Shown here: in pieces, positions 26,100 through 38,770 of the stretch
How positions within the stretch are numbered: the first letter of the stretch is position 1
Layout of the letters: each line of letters opens with the position of its first letter
Source of the DNA: Prorocentrum cordatum
Taxonomy: Eukaryota
Direction: 5' to 3'
NCBI GenBank assembly: GCA_963575745.1
Contig: CAUYUJ010000236.1
Span: 1-64,000, forward strand
Length of the DNA: 64,000 bases
Made by a program: the position numbers and the translations under genes
Notes under the pieces: model-generated
What the model saw: the letters and a program-made list of their open reading frames with translations, nothing else
The model's database searches: none
Told to the model about the DNA's origin: nothing

Positions 26100-29000
26100 G
26101 GCCCCTTTGAGCTTGGAGCCAGTCTTCGGGCGCAAACCGTCCCGAGTGTGAGCCAGAGACCCCCTCGCACTGACAGGGGGGGGGGGGGGGCCCGAGCTCG
26201 GGGGCCGGCAAATCGCTCTGAGCTTGGGCCCCAGCCTGTGGGCACAGTATGAGCCACAGGCCGTGCAGAAGATGTAGGGCCCTACCTGCTCCATCACATG
26301 GCCGAGTGCAGTGAAGCACTCAAACGGACTCTCCTCCTCCCCTTTCCCTAGGCCTGGGCACTGAGGCAAGTCCAACCTCAGGCAGAGGCGAGCCCCCATG
26401 GGGCCCCACACACGGACCCCCAGACCCCAGGAACACAGAAGCACCAGAAATCGCAGTCTGGACAGCCTCAGGCCTGGCCAGGGGGACGGCGGCAGCGCGC
26501 AGCCCGTCACTGGAAAAAAACGAGTCGAGCACGCTCTCGCACAAGATGGGAGGGGTTACACTCGCGCCCAGAACCTTGGGTAAGCCACCTTATGGAAGCC
26601 TCCGTTTTGGCTCTGGCCAGACAGGAACGACAAACAACGAATTCACCAGATTTCCAGAAATCATGCCCCTGGAATCGAAGAAGTGGCAGGGCGAGGTGTC
26701 GCGCCACAGCAACGTCAGCCTCACGAAGGGCCTGCATCCCCCCCCCCCCCCCTCCACACACCACCTCCTCGCGCGCGGCGTGCCGGGCAGCTGCCCAGCC
26801 AAAACAACCTAGCATTGTTCCGATCAGTCGCCAACTGGCCAGCCCAATACCCGACAAAAGAGTCAGCGACCTTAGGAGACCTGGCTCCTACCTTGGCGAA
26901 GAAATCCGCCCACATGTTACCAAACCACCAGGACACAGGCCACTGATCACGCTCGAGGAACTCATCCAACGCGAGGTGGGCGGGCACCCAAGCGAAAGAG
27001 GGCATCCTGGGATTAGAACGGCCATGGGCAGCGCTAAATGTTTTCCTCCAGATGTCAGCGCGGGCCGCCGAGGCAGAGGCATGCTCCTCCGACCATTCGA
27101 CCCCCTCACGCACCGCCCCCAGGAGATCCGAGACAGAGAGCACTAAACGCGGCAGCAACTGAACCCCCCCCAGAAGCGCATATCGTTCAGATCGGCCGAC
27201 AGTTTGGATGGGTCCAGGCAGAGGGCCATACGCCGCCCTAGCTGGGAAACCAAAGTCTCCCATCTGCACCGGGGACCACCCACAGCGTCGAAATTCAAGC
27301 CAAGAGCTGAGCATGCCTGACCCGTCAAAAAACGCCATTGGACCCCAGCTCTCAGGCTTCGACCCCCAGTCCCCCCAGAAGAAGGCGGGAGGCTCGGAGG
27401 ACGGAGAGGGGGGCACGGGGGGGGCCTGGGGGAGCCCAATGCAACATTTAAGCAAATGAAAAACTATCCTGCCCCAGGGAATTGACTCCTTCCTCAGACA
27501 GACGATCACGTGTTTGTTCCAACTCATCAGTCCAGGCTGGCAGGCCGCCAGCATCATTCTGTTCGACCACATTCGGGCACGCACACCGAAGATGACCAAG
27601 ATCTCCAACGGCCCCTCGCTGGCGGCAGTCAGGATGCGGGCAATGCGGCGTCCTCAACCATCCACGTTGGCGCCTTTTCTGCACAGACATGAATCCACCA
27701 GCCCATGAGCACCGCAGGGCACCCGCGACTTGGGCATTTTGAATGGTAGCCGCCTTGCCTCCCACCGTTAGGTTGACTGCCCGCATCCACACCGTCCCAT
27801 TACCTTCAAGATGCTCCGCATGGTGCTCAAGGACCCATCGTCCTTGCCAACGCTGCACGCCGAGCCGTAGTAGCTTTCTAACATCCTTGGGATGCATTCT
27901 CAACAGCGAGCTGACCATACCAGTGTCGCTGACGATGGAGGTGCTTTTGGCCAGGTCCCACACCACACGTCGTAGAGATAGCCACGTGGCCGCGATGGGA
28001 CCTCGAACACCCTGCCATCCTGGATCCCGTCCAAACCAACGAGACTGCAACACGCGCCAGGACCGCTCAAGCCTGCCCATATCCAACCGCACGTCGAACA
28101 CGAAGCAAGCGTACATGTACACCATGTTGAGCGTCGCGCCAAACATGAGATCCATGAACTTGTCCCTCTGCGTGGCCAGATAAGCCGTGACACTGACTCC
28201 CTTAGCATGGACACCAGCTATCACCCCCGCCGTCTGCCGTAACTGCTTCAAACCGCAACCAGGCACTCCTGATACCGAGCTTCCATGTGCGGCCCCAGCA
28301 AGCAAACCAGACCTCCAAATGGCCCCCACTTTGGAGCCTGCACTCGCTTGGACCACCTTGATGCGACCCATCCTCTTCTGTAGTTTACCCAAGCGACCCT
28401 TGGCCACCGTGCGGATCAACTTGCCTCCGGCCATGTCATGCCCAAGATTGCGCATCTGCTTCCTTCGCGCGAGCCTCAACATCTTAGCCCATGGAAGAAA
28501 TCTCTTGATAACTGCACGAGTTGTGCCCACGTAGCCTGCCTTCACAGGTTGAACAAGTAATCCCAGACTTCGCATGCCACTCTTAAAGATCCTGGTGGCC
28601 TTGATCAGCTCGGTCATTCCATCAAGGTCCTGGCCAACCCATTGCAAGGTGAAATCATCAACCAAAGCCCGAGGGTGCACGGTAGGACAAATCTCCTGTA
28701 CACTGATCAGCGTGCGAATCATGAGCACTGCGAGCAGAGTAGTCGCAGATGTGCAGCCAGGAAGAATGCCTTGCTCCACCTCGCGCATGTAAGAGGTCGG
28801 GCCAAAAGCATTCACCGCCCTCGGCATCTTGTATGAGGTAACCAGCTGCCACAGCAAGCGCAACGGGAATCCAACTTCACGCGCTTCACGAAATAGACTG
28901 GATACCTTCACCGTGCCAAAACACTTCCACCTATCCATCATAACCTTCAGCCACTGCCGCGAAAGGGGACGCCGTACTCTGGCCCACACTCGCACAGTGT

Positions 29001-31350
29001 GGATCAGCGCCACCAGTCGAGCACCTCCACCATCCTTTGGAATTCGAGCCATCTCTGAATGGATGCGTCCCACTGGCCATGCAAGTAGGCGCCCGCGCTC
29101 CATAAAGAACGAAGCCATCGCGTCCAACCCTTGCATTGACAGGAAGCACAGCGATCTAGGCTGCATCCTCGAAGGTCTTCCACTTGAACGTCAAGATGGC
29201 CTCTAGCCTCTAGCATCATGTCCGTGGCGATATACGGTAACACTTCCCATGCACCACAATCAGACGGCAAAGAGATGTCACTATCATCGTGAACTGACCA
29301 CACTTTCATCCACTTGCTCATCTCACGATCAGCTAGCTCGTGAGGGGACTGCTCAGAACCAGCATCGATGATCTCCTGTGTCGCCTGCAACCGAGTGAAT
29401 CGATGCGCTTCACTTGCTCCCCTCTCAAACGCAGAGTCGACGAACCTTTTTCCGACGTGGGCGATCGACCGTCTGATGAGCATCAAGCAACCTAGCATGC
29501 TCCTTCTCGATATGGGCGTAGACCTGTTCAAACTCCGCACATGCAAGAATCGAGAACACTGGGGTGGCCATGAAGAACTCCGACACCCATGCAGGAAGCA
29601 ACCTGAGCGTGCGTTCAAACGCACGAACGCCATGCATAAACCTCATGTCTTCCACCAGCACTTTAGCCAACGCAGAACAATCAGCCCGGCCGTGAACGAT
29701 CCTGTTCCCATTCTGCAAGATCAATTTGTGTCCAACCAGCTTCGCGACATGCTCCTTGGCCCTCCGACGCTGAACAATCCAGCGAAGAGCCGCCATCCAG
29801 GCACGTAGCTCAGGTCCATGTTGCAACCTTGCCAATGGAGGTCGCCATCTGGACTGAACCACCTGGGTGGCCAGAGGGCACCCGCGTCCCGACGCCGATG
29901 CAGCCTTTGGCCCATCCACGCAGTCAGAGACGCCCTGCAACTCAAATTCAATGCCAGCCAATAACGCATCCCAAGCCAGACTCAGGTCATCCTCGGACTG
30001 GGCATAGAACACCTGTCTCTCCACGTCCCCCCAGTCATAAGGAAACCTCTCGCATCCGATCGGCGGCGCCTTGGGAAAGGGGATAGGACCCACGACCCGA
30101 CGTACCCAAGCAGGCCTGTCCTCCGCTAGTATGGGAGACACCACAGGTAGATGCACCTTCGTGTTGCTGTCGTCCACGACGTAGGGCCTGCGAATACGAG
30201 TTCCCAAATTGGCGCACACAATGGCGTAGTCACACACGCTGCCAGGCTGTACCAGAAGGCAAGTGGGCCTCGATGGCGCCGCTACGAAGCCCCGAACGCC
30301 CTCCAGCCAACCAGAAGAAAGCACACCTGGAGTGAGATTCCATTCGCCCATAACAATCCAGTCACGTCCCAAGGCATTCAACATCGAAAGAAACCGAGCC
30401 GTCTTGACGAAGAGTGCCTCGCTGGCCGCACTCATACCTTCTCCTGAAATAAAATAAACGGCAACGATAACAACTCCACCTGGCACAATCCAAGAGACAC
30501 CAGCTGCAGCGATGCGACCTGGCTCAATTACATGATCAGGCAGTGCGGGCGGGGCCTTGGCCACTAGATGAGCGGGAGCCAAGATTGCCACCCCGCCTGA
30601 CTTGCCGTCCGCCCCTGTCTGCACTGCACCTCCACAGAACCCATGATACCCAGGGTAGCGCACGCGCGCCTGCAGAGCAGGTAGATGCTGCGTTAACGTG
30701 CGATGCTCCTGCACCACGCAAACCTGGGACCTGCACGTCTCCATAAATATCTTGAATGGTCCAGACCCCTCCACATTTACAGAAGTGATGTTGCCCTTCA
30801 ACTTGAGGTCATACTTGGGCCGTTCCTCGCACTCCATCTGTGCGCTGGCGGCGCGATGGGCAACGTTGCTGTTCATCCCGCCCTGCTCATAAAGAATAAC
30901 GCCAGACGCATCAGCCGCCTCAACATCTGAAACAACACTGCTTTCAGTCGATCCTCGAGCCACACCAGGAACTCGTTCGTCGACAATAATATTACGAACA
31001 GGGGGCCCAACTGTACCCCTGCCGCGTCTTGGCACTTTTTTGTTCTCAGTAGCTGCGTTCAGCTCATGGTTTGGAAGAGAATAAGCGGCCCCTGAGCCGC
31101 CAATGCCAGCATCGCCCACAGCAACACCAGTCGAAGCCACCGACCTCGTGGTAGCAGTAGCCAAACGCGTGCCGTAGCCCGCCTGGATGCCAAAGAACTC
31201 GTCCTGATCGAACCCAATGTCGTCGACGCAGTCAAAGCCATGTGCAATCCTTGCAGCACTATCATCGACGCCAGTGCGCCCATCATACGCAGGGCGCCGC
31301 GCAGCACCATCGGGCTGCGGATGAAAAAGTGGAACCCCATTCCTCGGCAT
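26100..31350 (-). pseudogene. LINE-A1 ORF2 (pol), frameshifted
   Basis: APE: ITSVNV, VVQEHR, SGGVAI, VAVY, MGEWN, CDYAIV, HLPV (30.8-30.1 kb); RT: QGILPGC, LVDDF (28.8-28.6 kb); RNase H: FFDGSG, QTVGRSE, SD, WVPAH, GNMWADFFAK (27.35-26.9 kb); GH-x-CxxC fingers GHDFWKSGEFVVCRSC and GHVMEQVGPYIFCTAC; split over track ORFs 29425..32631, 29004..29633, 27448..29166, 26721..27608, 26507..26857, 26019..26510. Confidence 0.88.
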
Positions 31351-31351
31351 C

Positions 31352-32555
31352 TCAATAGGGTGCATGCGCGACTGCGAGTCGCTGTCGACCTTGATTGAAC
31401 AGAGGCATCTGAACCACACGACCAGCAGCAACCCTACGGCCTTCCAAGTCATTGGGTATGTGCTCAGCGAGGTCCGCGGGGTACAACGCCTCGAGAGACG
31501 CCCTGAGCTCCTCCTCCTCGGCATCGGCAATGATGTCGGCCAGCGGCTTGGGCGACTCAGCGGGCGGAAGGTCCTCCACGCCGAGCTCTCCTGCAACGCC
31601 GCCCCCGTCAGCGGCAGCGCCCGAGCCTGCGTCAGCAGCCATCTCTTGCGCGGGGGGCGCTCGACCGCGCCGACAGCCCGCTCCTCTTCCAGGGAGACCT
31701 TCCCCACCAATATCTGGCCCATGCTGGCCGACAAAGCCTGCGCCAGGCCACCGGCTTGCTCGGCTGCAAGCCCCAGCGCCTCGAGCATCTTGCCCAAGGC
31801 GCCCACGTCGACACGCATGCCCTTGCCCTTCTCCTGCAACGCGGCCTCCTCTGGAGCAAGCGGGGCCCGCTTCGTGAGTTCCTGCACCTGCGCACTGAGG
31901 GCAACCACTTCCTTCTCCTGCTCCTCGAGGTCCTGCTGGGTCAGCACCAGGCTCTCTTGGACGTCCTTATGCTGCTGCTGTCTTGCCGCCACGAATTCGC
32001 GAGAAGCATCGGCCCTTTTCTCCGCCGACATGAGCCGACTCGACATCGTCTGCAGCTTGGCACACATGGGACGCGACTCATGCAACTTGGCATGCAGCCG
32101 CTCCTTCTCCTCCCGCAAAGTTCCCACATGCGCACTCGCCTTCGAATCCCAGCTGTACTTGGACACGAACGCCAGCTGCTCCTCAATCTCCTCGAGCCTT
32201 TTGCGCATGTCCGCCCCGTCGTCCTTTCCGTCATCGACCAGCATGGCGCCCCCAGTCTGTGGAGCGCTCCTTCCGACCCCTGCCTGCAACACTCGGATCC
32301 GCGCTTCCAGCTCCCGAATCTTGCTTTGCCCAGCGGCGTCAGCCTGCTGAGCCTGGATCCCCCAAGGGGCCTCAGGTGGCTTGGCACGGAATGAAGGCTC
32401 CAGCGGCTGAACATTCCCGCCGAACGTGACTCCTTTCGCCAGGCCGCACAGCACGCACTTCTTCGCGTGCGCCATGTTCCACCACTGCTTGCCCGTACGT
32501 TCGTTTGTGCAACTCTTGCAGAACCACTTGCTCGCATTCTGCTCCCGAGGCCCCA
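31352..32555 (-). pseudogene. LINE-A1 ORF1 (gag-like), RanBP2-like zinc finger plus coiled coil; one apparent frameshift near 31650
   Basis: WFCKSC...WWN...KCVLCG followed by heptad-rich E/Q/L/R stretch; continues in track ORF 31352..31642 ending ...HAPY*. Confidence 0.7.
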
Positions 32556-32717
32556 TCGATGCGTCGTCTTGAGAGAGAATCTGCTCACCTGCGGGGCCGC
32601 AGGAGGCAGCTGAACAGCTGGTGTGGACCAACTGTCAGAAAGTGAAAAGGTTGAAAGCTGCCGCGGACTAGCGGTATCCAGTCTTGCCAAGCTGGCTTAG
32701 CCCGCCAACTCATCAGT

Positions 32718-32739
32718 CTTGAGCCAAAATGGCTACGGA
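32718..32739 (-). other. Perfect 22-nt dinoflagellate spliced-leader (DinoSL) sequence
   Basis: Plus strand CTTGAGCCAAAATGGCTACGGA = reverse complement of TCCGTAGCCATTTTGGCTCAAG, matching consensus DCCGTAGCCATTTTGGCTCAAG; not followed by a GT/GC SL-RNA donor, so a retroposed relic rather than an SL RNA gene. Confidence 0.97.
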
Positions 32740-32881
32740 GGAGGAAAAGGGGGAAGAGGAGGAGGAGGAGGAAGAGGAGGAGGATATGGGGGAGGAGGAT
32801 GGGAGGAGGAGAGGAGGACGGGTCGCCGAAGCCCTTCGGAGAAACCTTCCACCCAGAGCAAACTGGACCACGCCTGGCCAG

Positions 32882-32913
<32 letters not shown>

Positions 32914-34089
32914 GAACACGGACCCGACCAGACGACGACGCGAGAACGGGCCAGACCAAACAAAATTGATCCAGAACAGAAACGACTGGCCCGGCCAGGC
33001 CAAAGGAAACCGCACCGGGCCAGACGACCCACGCCGCTGCACGGCTAGAATTGTAGGGGCATAGATCGGAAGAGGAAAATGAATGAAAAATGAAAATAAA
33101 GGAGGACGAAGAGGGGGAAGGCAAAACGCCCAAACGTTCAATTGATGCTCCAAATAACAAAATGAGCTGAGAGCCCCGCTCACGGGAGCTATGGAGATAG
33201 TGCCCCAAGCAAACATTAAATTATCGGAAGCACTCGTGAACGCGTTGCCAAACAACGTCGGACCACATTCAACACCCCTCATTCACGCACCCACTCTCGC
33301 AATTTCGGCCGAACAATAAATGACAGCGACGAACGCACCCCCGAGAGCCAAGAGGTTGACTCTGGGTCCACGTATACATCCGCTCAGCTGGGCCTCCCAG
33401 AAGCCCACGAAACGGGTGACAGTTGCGCAGGTAGCGAATCCCCATAATTAGAGCCACGGGATCGACGCTGGACGTGCGTAAGACGCCACCCCGCTGGGAC
33501 CTCGGTGGGCCCACGAAGGTGCAAGTGGCAGCACCTCCAGAGAGCCGCGAGGTCGACACTGGACGCGCAAATGCCGACAACTGCGAATGTGGAGGCACCC
33601 CCATGGGGGCTCCAGACCTCGTTTGGGCGCGCTGAAGACGCCACTCCTCTGGGTCCCCGGAGCACACGAAAGTGGCACCAGTACGGCGAGGTCACGTCTG
33701 CGTGTGAAGGCACCGCTCCGCCGCGCCCGCGGCCGTGCGCCGCCCACGACGCGTTGCCGGCGCTCTGGGCGGCGGACTCCAGCAGCGCGAAGTGGACTGC
33801 GCTGCCGCGCAATCTGGCGCTGCAGGCCCCTCTCCCGGGGCACGCGATTGAAGGAGCCCTGGGACACACAAGTAAATCCGCCGGCCCCCTTGTGGGGCCA
33901 CCAGGCTGTAGGCCTAAGGTTCGCAATTTCCTGTACCACTTGCAGCTTCCAATTTCCGCTTCCTGTTCCTTGTTGACTTTTGGCTGCTTACTGTTCCTTG
34001 TTGATGGACCGCGCAAGGGGGGGAAGCCCAAAACACGCATTTTCACCGAGGAGAAATCGTATTGTCTGAATTGCTTGGGTGGATGAAAA

Positions 34090-34460
34090 TTGACACCCCT
34101 CACGCAGATCGGCGGGGTCAGGGTTCAAAAAACACAAGGGATTTGCCGCATTTCTGACATTCGGTGGCACCCCTCACGCAGATCGGCGCGGTCAGGGTCC
34201 AAAAACACATGGGATTTGCCACATTCCTGAAATCGAGTGGCACCCCTCACGCAGATCGGAGGGGTCAGGGTCCATAAACACAAGTGATGTGCCACATTTC
34301 TGAAATTATCGGCGGGGTCATGGTCCAGAACATACAAAGGATTTGCAACATTTCTGACATTCGGTGGCTGCCCTAACGCAGATCGGCGGGGTCAGGGTCC
34401 AAAAACATGCTACATTTCTGACATTCGGTGGCACCCCTCACTCAGATCGGCGGGGTCAGG
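34090..34460 (+). repeat. 73-bp satellite, array 1
   Basis: Unit ...ATTTCTGACATTCGGTGGCACCCCTCACGCAGATCGGCGGGGTCAGGGTCCAAAAACAC... Confidence 0.9.
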
Positions 34461-35058
34461 GCGCAAAAAAAATTCACTGCGTGGAGTTCCCCATATGTGC
34501 ATCTATTCGCATGGACCTGTCCGCCGTGAATGCCTAGGCGCACGAGGTTTCGAATATAAACGGGCTTCAGTTGTGACGGTCTGGTCATGAATCTAATTGC
34601 GAACGACTTGGAGTGTGAATAAGCCTCAGTAGTACGAGCGCGTCTCTGCGCATGAGCTTGGGGCCTCCTGGGGCCTCCTAGTACCCACTGGGGTTTCCTG
34701 GGGCCTCCAGGAGCCTCTGGGGGCCTCCTGAAACATCCTAGGGAGGATTCGTGCCCCAGGGGAGGCCCAACATATAGCCACAGACGTACATACAACATTG
34801 CGGATTGGAGCCACAGGAGAAGGGCAATATACAGGAACACACGTAAAACACCCAGGACTCGTGCCACAGGAGAGGCCCAATATATAGGAACACAAATAAA
34901 ACAGTTAGGATTGTGTACACACGAGAAGGACAATACATATATATATATAGATATATATATATACATACACATACATACATATAACATCAAGGATTCGTGC
35001 TCCAAGTGAGGCCGAATCTATACGAGCATACGTAAAACACATGGGATTGGAACCACTC

Positions 35059-35356
35059 TTTTTTTTCTTTCAATGCAGAAACGTATGATACCGAAAGACA
35101 ATTCGCATGCTGCATGCCTGTAAGCCAAATAAAATAAATAATACATATACAAGTGCTACCTCTTCTTCTACCGTCCTCGCCGTCCTCTGGAGCTCCAGAG
35201 GGTGTCAGAAACCGCCGAAGCCGCCCTTGCCGAATCCGCCCTTGCCCTTGCCCTTGCCGCCTCCTTTGCCGCCCTTCCCCTTGCCCCGCGGGAACGCGAA
35301 GTCCTCGTCGTCGCTGTCGTCCCGGAAGCCGCCAGACTTGCCTTTTGAGCCCTTGT
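35059..35356 (-). pseudogene. 5'-truncated processed retrocopy: C-terminus of a Gly/Lys-rich protein, 3' UTR and A-tail
   Basis: Minus translation KGSKGKSGGFRDDSDDEDFAFPRGKGKGGKGGGKGKGKGGFGKGGFGGF* (stop 35205-35207); AT-rich UTR; AAAGAAAAAAAA at 35059-35070; flanking ATGGGATTGGA(A/G)CCACTC at 35041-35058 and 35357-35374. Confidence 0.72.
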
Positions 35357-35719
35357 ATGGGATTGGAGCCACTCCTGTTGCACTCTGAGGCCTCCTGCTC
35401 CTGGGGCCTCTCGGGCCTCTCGGGGCCTCCTGTTGCCTTCCGAGGCCTCCTGGCGCTTCCTATGGCCTCCTGCGGCCTCCTGTGGCTGCCCGATGCCTCC
35501 TGGAGCTTCCTGGGGCCTCCTGGAGCCTCTTAGGACATCCTCTGGCCTCTCGAGTCTTTATGTTGCCTCCTGATGCCTCCTGGGACCTCATGTGGTCTCC
35601 TGGGGCCTCCTGGAGCCTGTTGGAGCCTCCTGTGACATCCTGAAGAGACTCTGTGCCCACGAGTCTGGCCACCCAAACAAGCAAACCGATCGAGACATCT
35701 TCAAACTCTGGCCCACCTG

Positions 35720-36290
35720 GGGGGTGAACATGAGCGCCTCGCTTGAGACATCCTCCAAATCTGCTCCGAAAGCGAAGGAAGTTGGGACAGAAAACAAGCA
35801 AACCGCTTGAGACATCCCCACACCACGGCCGCGAACGGGACCGTGCAACACCCCTCGGCGGCACCCCTTAGGGACGTGAAAATGAGCGCCTCGCTCGAGA
35901 CATCCTCCAAATCTGCTCGGACAGCGAAGGATATTGGGACAGAAAACAAGCAAACCGCTTGGGACATCCAGCAAAACGGCCGCGAACGGGACCGTGCAAC
36001 ACCCCTCGGCGGCTCCCCTCAAGGACGTGAACATGAGCGCCTCGCTCGAGACATCCTCCGAATCGCCTCCGAAAACGTAGGATGCTGTGACAGAAAACAA
36101 GCAAACCGCTTGAGACATGCCCACACAACGGCCGCGAACGGGACCGTGCAACACCCCTCGGCGGCACCCCTTAGGGACGTGAAAATGAGCGCCTCGCTGG
36201 AGACATCCTCCAAATCTGCTCGGACAGCGAAGGATATTGGGACAGAAAACAGGCAAACCGCTTGAGACATCCCCACATGACGTCCGCGAA
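35720..36290 (+). repeat. ~152-bp tandem repeat, about 3.7 units
   Basis: GACAGAAAACAAGCAAACCGCTTG recurs at ~35785, 35938, 36089, 36241. Confidence 0.92.
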
Positions 36291-36304
36291 CGGGGCGTGC
36301 GTGA

Positions 36305-36690
36305 CTCTCAGCATGAGTAAGTCTGAGTAGGAGGAGGTCTGAGTATGAGTAGGTCTGAGTTCGTGTAAATTTGTGTGTGAGTAAGCCTGGATATGAGTAA
36401 GTCTGAGTGTGAGTCAGTCTGTGTATGAGTAAATCTGAGTATGAATAGGAGGGGGGAGGAGAAGGAGAAGAAGGAGGAGAAGTCGGCGGCGTCCAAGGAA
36501 TAAGAAGAAACCCATCTTAGGATATGGGGGACAAGTCTGAGTATTAGTTAGTCTGGGCATGAGTGAGTCTCAGCATGAGTAACTCTGAGTAGGAGTAGGT
36601 CTGAGTAGGAGTAGGTCTGAGTATGAGTAAGTTTGTGTCTGAGTAACTTTGGGTATGAGTACATCTGAGTGTGAGTAAGTCTGGGTATGA
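36305..36690. repeat. Short-period TGAGT-rich repeat (GTCTGAGTATGAGTAA)
   Basis: Direct reading of sequence. Confidence 0.85.
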
Positions 36691-36769
36691 GGAGGAGAAG
36701 GAGAAGAGGGAGAAGAAGTAGGAGGCGTCCAAGTAATAACAAGAATTCCATCTTAGGATATAGGGAACA

Positions 36770-37230
36770 CATGGGATTTGGCACATTTCTGACATTCGCT
36801 GGCACCCCTCACGTAGATCGGCGGGGTCCGGGTGCAAAAACACATGTGATTTGCATCATTTCTGACATCCGGTGGCGCCCTTCACGCAGATCGGAGGGGT
36901 CAGGGTCCAAAACACACAGAGGACTTGCCATCTTTTGACATTTGGTGGCACCCCTCACGCAGATCAGAGGGGTCAGGGTCCAAAAACACACGGGATTTGC
37001 CATATTTCTGACATTCGGTGGCACCCCTCACGCAGATCAACGGGGTCCGGGTGCAAAAACAAATAGGATTTGCAACATTTCTGAAATTCGGTGGCACCCC
37101 TCACGCAGATCGGCGGGGTCCGGGTGCAAAAACACATGTGATTTGCCACATTTCTGAAATCTGGTGGCACCCCTCACGCAGATCGGCAGGGTGGTCAAAA
37201 AACACAAGGGATTTGCCACATTTCTGAAAA
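36770..37230 (+). repeat. 73-bp satellite, array 2 (about 6 units)
   Basis: Same unit and orientation as 34090-34460. Confidence 0.92.
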
Positions 37231-37914
37231 TCATACAACAGCGAGTACAACAATAGACTCGCAATCTCCATTCGTCTTGCCAATTACCCATCGTCTTCGC
37301 ATGAAGTTCCGACGCTGCTTCACGGTGAAGACGAAGCCTCATGACTTCGCTCTTCCATGGCCCATTATGCGAGAGAGGGGACCGGCGGCAGGGGGCGACG
37401 CCCTTACGGAGAGACACGAATAACAGGATTCCCCATATTTCTAATATGTTTTGGGTTTTTCTCCTCCCCCCCATTTCCAATGTTTTGCTACATTTTCCTT
37501 GGGATCGACGGTTAATTATGTCTGTGTGTTTTTTCTCTTCCTTAAAGGAAGAGCGCGCCGAATCGGAGCGGAACCAGGAGCAGTGAGCGGCGAGGCGGCG
37601 AAGGCCCAGACGCCAAGGCCAACCACCAGAGCAAACTGCACCTCTGGACCCGCGGAGGTGGCACGCTGGACGCGGGCGGGGGGCCGCTGGGCGCCTATGG
37701 GATTCTTCTGGGCGCCTCGGGAGTTCCCCGGGCGAAGTCTGTTTTGGGCCAAATTCTGATTCAAGTCTTTCGGGGTCTGTTTAAAATATGTTTGAAGTAT
37801 GTTTGAGGTCTGGCCGAAACTCTGAGGTCTGGTTGAGGTCTGGCCGAAACTCTGTTTCAAGTCTGAATTCCCCGGGCGGCCCTTGGGTTCCCCGGGGGGC
37901 CTTCGGGCGGCCCT

Positions 37915-38200
37915 GGAACGAGGGCGAGAACGAGGGCAGAAATATGGGCGGGAACGAGGGCGGGAGCGAGGGCGAGAACGAGGGCGGGAACGAAGGCGGG
38001 AACGGGGGCGGGAACGAGAGCGAGGGCGAGAGGCGAGAACGAAGAAACTACGAGAAACGAGGGCGGGAACGAGGGCGGGAACGCGGGCGGAGGGCGAGCG
38101 ACGGCGGGACGGGAAGGCGGGAGCGAGGGGGAACGTGGGCGGGAACGACGGTTGGAACGAGGACGGGCACGAGGGCGGGAGCGAGGGCCGGAGCGAGAAG
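37915..38200. repeat. 12-bp minisatellite GAGGGCGGGAAC
   Basis: Direct reading of sequence. Confidence 0.85.
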
Positions 38201-38559
38201 GTAAGGTGGAGGGATAAGGGAGGGGATCAAGGGAGGAGGGAGAGGAGGAACGAGAGGGGAGGGAAGGTGGAGGATAAGGGAGGGCCGGGAAGAAGAGGCG
38301 GGGGGACGGTGGGGGAGAAGGGAGGGGAAAAGGGGCCAAGGAAGGAGACAAACTGAGGACGAGGGGGGGAGGGGGGGGGGGGAAGAGGGGCGCGAACGGG
38401 GGAGGAGGGAAAGGGAAGTAGAGGGAAGCGGAGGAATGGGGGGAGGGGATGGACGAGGTAGGAAAGAGAGCGACGGGAGGAGGGGGGATGGACAAGGAGA
38501 GAGGAATCGGAAGATGACGGGGGGGGGGCTGTCCCTCCAGAACAGATGCTCCAGGCCTA

Positions 38560-38770
38560 AGACGACATGCTCTCAGAACAGAATAATGGCCGAAAAACAA
38601 GAACACGTTCTTAGAACGTCAACAACCGATGCCGATGCGAGAAACGAACGCGGTACAAGCCAGACCTGCGGGCAAGCCAGGGCGCCCGGCCACTGCGCGA
38701 AGAACAGGGTGAGGCCCGCAGCGCGAGGCCGAAGCGAAAACGGCCCACGGCGTCGCCAAGACGCCGCTCA
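38560..38770 (+). repeat. Dispersed repeat, copy 1 (copy 2 at ~52580-52780)
   Basis: Shared CAGAACAGAATA.TGGCC.AAAAACAAGAACA.GTTCTTAGAAC...GGTACAAGCCAGAC.TG.GGGCAAGCCAGGGCG. Confidence 0.85.

Larger units (their letters stand above)
25892..32739 (-). mobile_element. LINE-A1: full-length non-LTR retrotransposon with SL at its 5' end and flanking TSD
   Basis: Ordered ORF1-APE-RT-RNase H-Cys/His fingers; SL at 32718-32739; GGAGGAAAAGGGGGA at 25877-25891 and 32740-32754. Confidence 0.9.

Noticed and set aside
32690..32739. SL RNA gene
   Set aside because: The SL is followed by ACTG rather than a splice donor and SL intron, and runs directly into the LINE leader.
37525..37590. Possible plus-strand terminal exon (pyrimidine tract, AG|G, EERAESERNQEQ*); similar case at 60614-60649
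   Set aside because: Too short to distinguish from chance without transcript data.
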